Shown here: positions 9,424 through 19,800 of the stretch, in pieces
Position numbering within the stretch: the stretch's first letter is position 1
Layout of the letters: each line of letters opens with the position of its first letter
DNA from: a virus
DNA length: 64,000 nt
IMG/VR virus record: IMGVR_UViG_3300017917_001151
Location: 1-64,000 of that record
Reading direction: 5' to 3' (one strand)
Notes under the pieces: generated by a model
What the model was told of the DNA's origin: nothing
The model's input: the letters and a program-made list of their open reading frames with translations, nothing else
The model's database searches: none
Translations under genes and position numbers: made by a program

Positions 9424-11766
9424 TTAGAATCCTGTTATCTGTCCAAGAACAACATATGTTCCAGAGTTGTTTAATATACTGAATGTGACAACATCAGTTC
9501 TGTTAGTGCTAGGTGTAGGTGTTGCATTGCCCTGCCAGTTTATAGTTTGACCAACACCACCGATCTGTACAGCGTCGGGATAATATCCTGTGCCGCCTTG
9601 TGCTATGACTATAGAAACACTGGTAGCATAACCTGCGCCAATATTTAAATTAGTAAAATTAGCAGTCCAGTTAGCATCTGGGCTAGTGTGATAGAAAATA
9701 TGTCCATTAATACAATCGTGTTCTACTGTGCCTGTGGCATCTTGTTTAGTTTGAAATTTTTCAAACACGCCTTTACCTAGAATCACATTGCCTAGAGTAT
9801 CTACGTCAGCACCGAACTTACCGCCATTCTGTACAACTAACCATCCTGGATAGGCTGTGGTAACACCTCCATTGTTTGAAGGCATCGAAGTTCCAATGAA
9901 AACACTGCCTTCTACCGCAGCACTCATTATACCGCTGCCATTCATACCGAATGTGAACAGGCCATTGCTGCTAGTCGATGATGCGTGATATACGCCACCT
10001 TTCTTGTCCCCAACTTGTAAAGCACCTGAAGGACCTTGGTAGATAGTACCAGTACCCCCATTGATGGTCAGTCCTGAATCATTGACAGTCAATGTGCCGG
10101 TCCAGGCTGTGGTCTGTACACTAGCGTCTGGGAATGTTATACCGGTTGTAGCAAAGGTATACTTGTCACCGGTTCCTGGATTAGGTTGTAGCTGAACTTT
10201 TAATCTGTTGGGATCAGATACTACCACAGGATAGAATCCTGATGTAGATGATGCTGCTGCTGTTAGAGTAACTTTGATAACATTAGGATATCCGGGCACT
10301 GGATATTGTGTGCTGCTGACTGTGGTATTGCAGTTAGCGCCAACTACAGTCCAACCGGCAGTTATGTTTTGATTGGTAGTATTGTTGGCAACAAAGAAAT
10401 AGTTTGTACTTTCTGAACTGGTAGAGCTGGTAAAATACCCGTCAGTGTTAAATGTGTATTGATAGTCGCTGGTACCTCTGACCGCAGCATCATCGAATGT
10501 TAGATATCCTGTGCCGGTAAAGGCTGTGGTTTGTACAGTAGAATCCGGAAATGTTATGCTACCATCATTGGCAAATGCCCAAGTATGTGGGCTAGGATTA
10601 TAAGTGTTTATAACCACAGAAGTATTACTGGATAGTGCCACACTATTATTGTCAACACCGGCAATCTCACTGCCGCTCAAAAATAATTGTCCGTCTAGAG
10701 TTGCCGGAAATGTTAGCGTTCCAGTTTTAGCAAATGTCCAAGTAGCAGATGTTGTACCGTCACTAGCTACGATATCTATCGTACTGCCGTTTCCTTTGAC
10801 TTTGATCTTAGTGTTCTGTCCTGCTTCTAACCACAGATTACCTTGGTTGGCAGCACTAGCACGAGCTTTAATTTTTAATGTCCAATCGCTGTGCAAGGTC
10901 ACTTTATGATTGTCAGCGGCTCCGCCAAAGAAGTCTACAACCGGAGTACTGTCATCTTCCGCTCCGGGTAATGTTAAACCGCCACCAGTTTCAAAAGTCC
11001 ATTGATGACTATTAGATCTAACAATAACTGGTGGATCAATACCTGCACCAATCATAACGTGACTGTTCTCTCCACCTAGATATAGCTGTGCGGAACTGTT
11101 GTCTTGTGTGCCACCTGCACGGATATGGATATGACTAGGAGCTGTAGGATCGATAATCAAATATTGATTGCCAGCATATAGATCATTGTCCGGGACTAAT
11201 TCTAATGTTGAATAACCGTTACCGTCACCTGATGCTGTTCCAGCACCTATAATTTTAATACCGCTAAATGTAACATCCCCAGTACCACTGCTTAATAGAC
11301 CTGTCGTATCAGTTAAATCACTAATGTCTGTAGGAGCGTTCGGAATATCTGTATAGGTAATGTTTTGACTGATAGGAACATTATTAACTTTTAATGTATT
11401 AGTTCCTGTTTCTAAACTTAGAGGAACGCCGCCTAGATAAACAGTAGAATTGCTAACATACAAGCTCTTCCACGGCATACTGGCACTACCTAGGTCGCCT
11501 CCATTTGCTGTCTGTGGAAGAATATCTCCACCTACAGATAAGTTGCTGCTAACAGTTACAGCACGATCTATAGTAATAGATGAACTATCGTCTGTGCTAA
11601 TCGTGCTACCTACAAAGGTTAAAGAAGTATCTTGACCTGTATCGCTAAGTCCGATGGCTTCGTAGAGTTCAGTGAAGTTAGCATTTACCTTTTGGAACGC
11701 TGCACGTAGGCTATCGCCTTGTTTGTCATTAGCTGTTGCGCCTACGTTGATTATTTGTTTAGTCAT
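9424..11766 (-). CDS. tail fibre protein (780 aa)
   Basis: gp9/10-like N-terminus (ANDKQGDSLRAAFQKVNANF), Gly/Thr/Ser-rich, repeated ITFPD..VQTTA motifs. Confidence 0.8.
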   Translation of the reverse strand: MTKQIINVGATANDKQGDSLRAAFQKVNANFTELYEAIGLSDTGQDTSLTFVGSTISTDDSSSITIDRAVTVSSNLSVGGDILPQTANGGDLGSASMPWKSLYVSNSTVYLGGVPLSLETGTNTLKVNNVPISQNITYTDIPNAPTDISDLTDTTGLLSSGTGDVTFSGIKIIGAGTASGDGNGYSTLELVPDNDLYAGNQYLIIDPTAPSHIHIRAGGTQDNSSAQLYLGGENSHVMIGAGIDPPVIVRSNSHQWTFETGGGLTLPGAEDDSTPVVDFFGGAADNHKVTLHSDWTLKIKARASAANQGNLWLEAGQNTKIKVKGNGSTIDIVASDGTTSATWTFAKTGTLTFPATLDGQLFLSGSEIAGVDNNSVALSSNTSVVINTYNPSPHTWAFANDGSITFPDSTVQTTAFTGTGYLTFDDAAVRGTSDYQYTFNTDGYFTSSTSSESTNYFFVANNTTNQNITAGWTVVGANCNTTVSSTQYPVPGYPNVIKVTLTAAASSTSGFYPVVVSDPNRLKVQLQPNPGTGDKYTFATTGITFPDASVQTTAWTGTLTVNDSGLTINGGTGTIYQGPSGALQVGDKKGGVYHASSTSSNGLFTFGMNGSGIMSAAVEGSVFIGTSMPSNNGGVTTAYPGWLVVQNGGKFGADVDTLGNVILGKGVFEKFQTKQDATGTVEHDCINGHIFYHTSPDANWTANFTNLNIGAGYATSVSIVIAQGGTGYYPDAVQIGGVGQTINWQGNATPTPSTNRTDVVTFSILNNSGTYVVLGQITGF

Positions 11767-11778
11767 TTACTCGCTCCA

Positions 11779-13851
11779 TTATACCAATGATGCTATTCTT
11801 GTCTGGAAGTCACTAAAGCTAGAACTTGCCGCTACTAACGATTTTAATTCGTTTATATTGATAACTCTACTGCCCTGTAATGTTATGTTTTGCAGGACTG
11901 TTAGATCATTTTCAACTCTAAGGTCACTGTTGAAAGTTGTCTGTACGTCTATGGTTAATCCGCTAGAGTCACTGGTAGAAATTGTACTACCTATAAATTC
12001 TAATACGTTGCTTGAAACCAATTCGCTAGTAGCAGTGTCATACATCAACGGTCTACCGTTAGCAGATGATCTAATAGGGTTAACAAAGAATCCAGCAGCC
12101 GCAGCTTCTAATGCTGCACCGCTGGCATTTAAAACTATAGAACTTGCATTTTGATTAGTAAATCCTGCTCGGTATCCAATAGCAATAGAATAAGCTCCTT
12201 GGTTAGTTTGACCTGCACTCCAACCAATAGCAACTGCTGATGAACCTTGAGTGACCTGAGCAGCAGTATAACCTAATGCAACTGCACCGGTTCCCTGTGT
12301 AGTTGTACCTGCCTGATAGCCCATAGCTATCGCATTAGATCCTTGCGAACTTCCCCCTGCTATCGGACCAATTGCTATCGATTGTGAACCTTGTGATATT
12401 TCTCCAGCGAGATGACCTATCGATATTCCATAAGTTCCTTGTGAGGTTTTTCCAGCCTCAAAGCCAATAGCTACTCCCGATTGTCCTTGTGTATTAGTGC
12501 CAGCTTGATATCCGATGGATATCGCTTGATTGCCTTGTGAAGCACCTCCTGAAAGATATCCGATAGATACTGCTGATGATCCCTGAGAAGTTTTACCGGC
12601 CTCTTGACCAATAGCTACTGCATACGTGCTTTGTGAAGTTTTGCCGGCATCACTACCTAATGCAATTTGTGATTCTGCTGTTCTTAGAGTAGTTGCTGAA
12701 ACATTACCGTAAATGTAGTTAGAGACAGCATCTACTAATGTCGAACTATCATCACCAAACACCGATCCTTTTACATCACCGGTTACATTTCCTGTTAAAT
12801 TTCCAAAGAAACCGTTGCTGGCGAAAACTCTATTTGTTAACCCGTCGATAATTATACTGGAATCGTCACCAAAAACAGAACCTCGTAGGTCGAATACAGG
12901 GTTAACTGAAATTGTTAATGTATCAGTGGTTGTATTTTTTGTAAGGGTAATTCCTTCACCGCTATTAATGTTTAATATATCACTAGTAGCGTCTGCTAAA
13001 ATTCTGTCGAAACCATCTCCGTTAACCTGTATTTGTGCAAATGCATTAACAGCTGGAGCAGAGTTTGTAATTGTTACATCGCCTGTGGCAGAATCTAAAG
13101 AAACAGTAATACCAACACCCGACGAAACACTAAGAATACCTGTATTAGTTATTCTAAGATTATCGCCGGTGCTACCCGAAATATTAATACCTGCACCTGT
13201 AGTTCTTCCTGAAGGTAAGCTGGTAGTTGATTGTAAGCTTCTTACACCAGCATTTGTTATTGTTGCATCACCGTTAACAGTAGATACTGACATTCCTGAA
13301 CCTGCAATCACTGATAAAATACCAGTGTTGTCAATTTCAATGGAATCTGCACCCGAACTTACAGTTAAATTAATTCCTGAACCTGATAATAAATTTAAGG
13401 TATCTCCAAATGTAGTTGCTACAACACTTAAATTATTGTCTACTTGGATTTCTTTGAAGAATGTTTTTTCTGGATCGATAATAAGACTAGTTCCAACCCC
13501 AGTTATAGGATCTCCGCCGATAGTTGAATCGGCTGGAAGATTAACAGTTAATCCTACTCCTTTAATTTGAGCACTACCTGCCCATAGGCCGTTTAGAGGA
13601 TCTGCAACGGTGTGTTCCCCTGCATACACACCTCTCCACTTATGGGCGATATCTCCGATATCGTATAGATTGTCTACTGTAGGTTTTAGATGAGTATCTA
13701 ATGATTCAAAATTAATTGGAGTTAAACCAGAACCATTGCCTACGGTCGCTACTAATATATCAAAATTTTCGTTTATTTTTGTAAACGCATCATGAACATC
13801 ACTCCATAGTAGCGGCGGAGCTCCGACGGTAATATTTGTATTGAATGCCAT
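11779..13851 (-). CDS. tail fibre protein with YadA-head-like repeats (690 aa)
   Basis: AG.GI.V/L repeats, GSVFGDDSS repeats, about 11 AIGxxAG repeats. Confidence 0.8.
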   Translation of the reverse strand: MAFNTNITVGAPPLLWSDVHDAFTKINENFDILVATVGNGSGLTPINFESLDTHLKPTVDNLYDIGDIAHKWRGVYAGEHTVADPLNGLWAGSAQIKGVGLTVNLPADSTIGGDPITGVGTSLIIDPEKTFFKEIQVDNNLSVVATTFGDTLNLLSGSGINLTVSSGADSIEIDNTGILSVIAGSGMSVSTVNGDATITNAGVRSLQSTTSLPSGRTTGAGINISGSTGDNLRITNTGILSVSSGVGITVSLDSATGDVTITNSAPAVNAFAQIQVNGDGFDRILADATSDILNINSGEGITLTKNTTTDTLTISVNPVFDLRGSVFGDDSSIIIDGLTNRVFASNGFFGNLTGNVTGDVKGSVFGDDSSTLVDAVSNYIYGNVSATTLRTAESQIALGSDAGKTSQSTYAVAIGQEAGKTSQGSSAVSIGYLSGGASQGNQAISIGYQAGTNTQGQSGVAIGFEAGKTSQGTYGISIGHLAGEISQGSQSIAIGPIAGGSSQGSNAIAMGYQAGTTTQGTGAVALGYTAAQVTQGSSAVAIGWSAGQTNQGAYSIAIGYRAGFTNQNASSIVLNASGAALEAAAAGFFVNPIRSSANGRPLMYDTATSELVSSNVLEFIGSTISTSDSSGLTIDVQTTFNSDLRVENDLTVLQNITLQGSRVININELKSLVAASSSFSDFQTRIASLV
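12140..12670 (-). repeat. about 11 tandem 16-aa (48-bp) YadA-head-like coding repeats
   Basis: e.g. YAVAIGQEAGKTSQGS / SAVSIGYLSGGASQGN / QAISIGYQAGTNTQGQ; boundaries approximate. Confidence 0.85.
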
Positions 13852-16800
13852 TATGTTCTCCCTACCGCTATTTCTAATAGACCTATATGATCACTATCGT
13901 AATCTTTTAGAGCTTTACCAACTACTGTTCCGACTTTTACATCTCCTACAGCAGCGGTAGCAACTCCTGGAATTCCAGACGTTACCAAGATATCTCCTTT
14001 TTTGATTTTTCCAACAACCTTACATGGAACACGACCTTGCAGAGCGACTAGATTCTTCAATCCCGGACATGCCTCGTACATGGTGTAGGCAGCAGTATTA
14101 GAAACAACACCTGCTACTCTTGTATCTCCTTTGACATTAGAAGTTGTAACTTCTTTGTCTCCGCCAAATACTAGTACGGTTCCGACTTCATAATCCTTAT
14201 CGCCTTCATAGTTTTCTGCTAGGTCGGCGGAGTATGTAGCCTGTAATCTTGATTCGTTTGGACTTGAACCAGTTAATGTCCAACGTCCTGTAATAGTACC
14301 TGCAGTGGTTGTTCCACCAGTAGTAATAGCAGTTACCTGTATACTCGATGCTGTAATTGGAGCGTCTGAAACACCATTCTGTGTTTTGAACTGGTGTAGA
14401 TCGTTCCAATAAGCAGTTTTCTTATCACCAGCTAGTGTGCCGTCTTGGACTAATATACCACCTGTGGTGTTGTAACCGTAGTATCGAATATATCCACCTG
14501 TGGCAATAGTTGCTGTATCAACAGCTATCTGTGTATCGAGTTTGATCTGACTGATGTCAATGATTCTACCACCGAAGTCACCGTTGGCATCACGTACTAT
14601 GATTTCGCCTGCGCCTACAGATGAACTTGATCCTGATGAACCTGCTACAACAGCATAATCAGCATCTGAAGTAAAACTAGCTCCGTTGGTTCTTCTTAAG
14701 AATCCGACTGATGAATACTGATTCTTCTTAATTCCGCCGCCTGTGTCGACCACTGTGCTAAATGGCACCTCAGTTACGTTACCAGAACTTAGAGTAGAAT
14801 TACCGAGTACAGTATTAGAAGCCATCTGCTCGATCCTAGATCGAGTTAGACCGTTGGCTTTAACTGTGACAAAACCATTAGTTACTGTAAACTGTGCTGT
14901 ATCAAAACTTGACAGACCGCTGGCAGCTTGTATTGTAGCAGCAGTACCGCTAGGAGCGGCACTTAATGCTGTAGCAATGGTCATGTTCAACTTGCTTTGT
15001 GCTATGGCAGCATTAGCATTGACTTCTGCGTTATTAACAACACCTGCATTTAATTGAACATCAACGTTGTTTAATGTTGAATCAACACCTGTTCGTAGAT
15101 CAAATGTTAAGTCACCGGTTATACTCGCATTGATTAAGGTATTACCTTCGCCGGTGAAGATCATGAACTGTCCGCCTTGGACATTTGATCCGCCCCAGTT
15201 TTGGAAGTTAGCTAATGTTAGACTTCTAAGGTTAACAGCATCTTGCGGATTAGTTGGGTTAGTAACATTGACAATCTTATTGTTGTCCATGTCAATGATG
15301 CCCTTCATAGGCAATTGACCGCTTAGAGCTAAGAATCCGCCAGTGTATGGAGGAATTAGCTGTGTTGTTTCAACATTAGAACCATCGTGTGATACACCTA
15401 ATCTACGTTCGATATAGATACGTGCTGCGTTTTCTGTAGGAACAGTGTCAGTAGCATTATCTGTAAATCCTGAATCTGTCGAGAATTCAGCGATAGGAAC
15501 ACCACGTTTAAAACCAATACCGTCTAAGTTTGAAAGAGCGATACTTGACGAGAATGTAACCTGTCCAGTACCTTGGTCAACCGCAAAGTAAGGACCAACT
15601 TTAAAGTTACCATATTGGTCTGTAGTTACATAGAAACAACGACCTACGTCTCGTTCTTCTGTTTCTGTATCTGCGTTGAGAGGATTGACAGAAGGCCCGT
15701 AAATTTCTTTTGGATAGTTAGTATCTGCATACGAACCTGTACCGATTTCTAATAAATCGTGTGATGTAACACGAGTTAATGAAATACGAATTGTTAAAGT
15801 TCCTAGTGATCCACTAGATCTAATAGGAACAGCAGCTTTGGCTGTATAACTAGATGACAGTTGGTTGATTGCATTAACCAGTGGTCTGTTTAAGACAACT
15901 CTACCATAAGGAGCATTAGTAATAACTTCCGACTGATAGGTACTGACTATATATTCTTCGCCTAAGAATAAGAATTTAGAACCAGCAACTCTACTAATTT
16001 CAGTTGAGCCAACGGCCACTACTGCGAAAGATGATTCTCCAACGTTACCAGTAACACGCCCTACTCGATGAATACCACTCTGTGATCCAGTTGTATCTAC
16101 CGCAGTTCCTTCAGGAGCGGTACTAATACGGAATGAATTTAAACCTAAACCAGTTGAGAGAACAAAATATCGAGTTAGCGGAGATATACCAGTTGGTAAA
16201 CTTCCAGAAGTTTCAAATTTTATAGCCTGTCCTGCAGTGAATCCATGCGAATTAAGAGTAACTACCGCAGGACTTGCTATAGTGATAGTACAGGTTTGTC
16301 CAGTTGGGTAATCGCTGGTAAATTCACCAGGAGTATAAACTGTAAGATCTACGTAATTATAGTTTTCTCTTAAGTTGGTTAAAGTTAATCCGTCTATGTT
16401 ATACTTGTGAGTTCCTGAACCTACATTGGTAATTGACACAGCAGTACCAGCTTTGTCTAACGATACACTAAATTCAGTGTCGGTTAAATCTGTAGCCAGT
16501 ACATAGTAGGTAAAATCGGCGTTAAGCGGATTTGGTAGAGTACCTGTAGTTTCAAAACCAATAGTATAGTTTTCTAACAGTTTATGTGTTTTAACACCTT
16601 TAATAGTTAGACCAGTTCCGTTTGTAAGAGTAGTGGTTGAGCCACCTGGTGCTGTAGAAACTGTAAATTGATTATATTTAGGTACCGATTTGATATAATA
16701 AGTAGTTCCAGAAGTAAAGCCATTGGCTGTGCTTGTTGGAATGAATTTGTCTCCTACTCTTAGTTTGTGATTACCACTAGTTGTACATACATTAGTGTCA

Positions 16801-19800
16801 ATGGTGGTAACTGTGGTCAATACTTTAAATATCGTAGGAGTTGCTGTGCTGATTAATATTTCGTACGGACCATTTTCGTCTACGGCTGTGGTAAATTGTA
16901 AAACACGATAAACAGAATCATTAGTTTCTCTTAGTTTCAAACCAGTAGATGGTCTAACCGCAACATCTTCTAGTCCACCAGTTAATCTAATAATATTGTT
17001 TAAACGTAGAGTCATCTTAGTACCATCTGGTACTGTGTCAAATAGGCCAGCTCCAGTTCCTCCAGTTCCTGCTGTTAGGTTTAATCTAGCAACACCTGCT
17101 GGAAGATCTGTAGTAGCTACAGATGTTACCGGATATCGATAAATGTCATATCCGTGTTTAATTTCAAGTTCGGCACCGCCTAATGGAGTATAATCGTAGT
17201 TGGTTACATAAATGAATAAACCTTCAACGACGTTTGCATATGCAGGACTTGGAGCATAACAGTCAACTCTCTGTGAAAAGTCTTCGTAGACAGTTGTTGG
17301 TGTCGGCACTTCTAACGGGTCTGCACCTTCGGCAACTAGCGCATAATTACCGTGTGCGCTTGATCCACCGACCGATCTAATTTGACCACCGTTTAGAGAA
17401 TAGTAAGAAATGTGGCAATAGTAAGTGAATATCGAAACAAGTTCTATTAAACCGCCATTGGTAGCAATAGCTCCATATCCAAGGTCGTTGATCTGTGTAA
17501 AGTCGTTGGCCAACATAGATCTGTTACCTGGCATTAATAACTCATATTTGTTTCCGTATTCGTCGACAAAGTCAACGACTTCTTGTTGTACTGCCGTTTT
17601 ATTATTTTGAATAATCGTTCTGGCAGATATGTTGTTTGCAGTGTAACCGCTGGTGCTAGGTGTAGACAATACAACATATGTTTGTGCTGTGGCATAGTTA
17701 TTAGCACTAACCGCATTCTGTACAGAAGTTAACAGTGTACTAATAATTGTAGCTTCTGCCGATGAACCTGCAGAACCTGTAGTTCTTGACAGTGCAGAAT
17801 AACTTACAGCCGGTGCTAGATTCTGAGCAACTCTGCCCATTAGGTAACTTAGATAAGCTATAGCAGCAGAACAACGAGCAGGTTGTCCTGAAGCCAATAG
17901 CATAGCACCGGTAATGTTATTGTAATATTTTAAAGCACTTAATCTTGTTGCAGCATTGCCGCCATAGATTAAATCGTGTATAGTAGATTCAATTAGATAT
18001 AATGTATCTCGTTGAGATTTTGAAATGTTATAGGTATCACCTGTAGCCCAAGGACTAATGTTACCTGCGATCTGTGCATCAATCCAACCTTGCACTTCAG
18101 CTACCATATAATCTCTATTATCCATTAATAGATTATAAGCATTGGTTACGTTTGCAGTTACGCCTGGTGGTAATGTAAATGTTAATGTTGGAGCACCTGA
18201 TGTACCACGATCGATGATGTCAGCAATGGTGGAATTACTTTGGGTAACTGTGGTTTGAATAGTTGGATATGCAGTTAATAAATCATTGACTAAATTATGT
18301 GCTAATGTAATAGCACGTAGAGTAATAGCACGTTGATCGTTGATAACTACCGCAGCTTGGCTCATACGATATGTCAAACCGTTTTGTCTAGTCCAGAAGT
18401 TTGTTCCAAAAACGATATCATAGCCTAGACCATCGAGGATTAAACCTACATCTCGATAACAAGTTGCTGAATCGTAGACAAACACATCATAAGGCCACGG
18501 TGTAGTTTCGTCTAATATAAATGTTGCTGTTGATCCATCTTTGTTATATTCGTAATCTCGAACATAGTTAATTCTATACGCCGTATCAGCTACAATAAAA
18601 GAAGCTGGTAGTTCGGGAAATCTTTCCAACCCAGTTACTAATAGTCTTGTAGGTGTTACTACTGTATCGATAATAAATTCTAAGTTACCTGCAAAACCGT
18701 CAACTAGCATACCTCCAGCAAACACCTGGCGGTCTTTACTTCTAGAGAATGAAGCAACTTCTTGGAAATATGGAGATCTTGAAAGGATCTGTCCTTCGGG
18801 ATCAAGAACGCCCATAAAGCCACCGTGGCCGATCGCTGAGATGGCCTGCCAACGAACAGCATCGTTAGCTAGGAATACGTCCATGTCTTGGTTTTCTTTA
18901 GGATAGTTTACACTTCCTGAACCGTCGATAACATCTTTTAGGGAAGTAATCAGATCTGTTATAACAGCATCAGCACCGACTTCTGACTGATATGCTGGGT
19001 CAATAACCTGAGGATATATGTTATTTTTAGTATTAGTTATGGTTGCATTATTAATAACTTCCTGCATCAGATCTTCAAGATGTGTCAATACAGCTAGATA
19101 TTCTGACAGTTGTGTAGTGATTGCTATTCTTGCACTATTGCTTTCATAATATTTTAAACCTGCAGAAATAGTCCTGTTATATCCTCCGTATTTCAAATCG
19201 AACACAAAAGAATCGACTAATAATCCAACGTCTCTTTTACATAGTGCTTGATTATAGACAAATGTAGGAGTAAACGGTGCTACAGAATTTTGTATATTAT
19301 AATTCATCCATGCAACAATTTCTTCTGACAAGAATGATCGGTTTAGATCTATTAATGCAGCAGCGCCGGTAAACCCTCCTTTATTGTCTATCTTGGGATA
19401 AACCGGCTGACTTGGATTTTGTAAGTAATGATATCCAAATTCTCTAGAAGCATCGGTTACAGGTATTCCGTCTATGACTAAATCTCTGCGGAATTTTTGG
19501 AAGGCCCATGGAGAACTCGATGTTCCTGGTTTTGGTCTAAAAATAACTCTACGGAATTCATCACCAACGATAGACACGTTAGCTGGTACTCTTAGAGGAT
19601 AGTTTTCATAGTACTCGCCACTTTCCACCAAAATAGAAATTTGTATATCTTTAGAAATGTCACCGTATGAAATAGCTTCGCCTAATTCGAAAGTTCCTGA
19701 TTTAATATCAACATCAAAAATTTCGTTACCGTTACTGTCTAATGCTCCTTGGTGTGAAAGGATCTGAGCGAGAGCTCCTGAGTTTTCACCTCTTAGATAT

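Noticed and set aside
12815-13570. 251-aa plus-strand ORF (and others at 5099, 10604, 11672, 14743, 15067)
   Set aside because: Antisense shadows of Thr/Gly/Ser-rich tail genes; no motifs or start signals
8715-13851. Diversity-generating retroelement targeting the lectin/tail genes
   Set aside because: No reverse transcriptase and no adenine-variant template repeat noticed in this window
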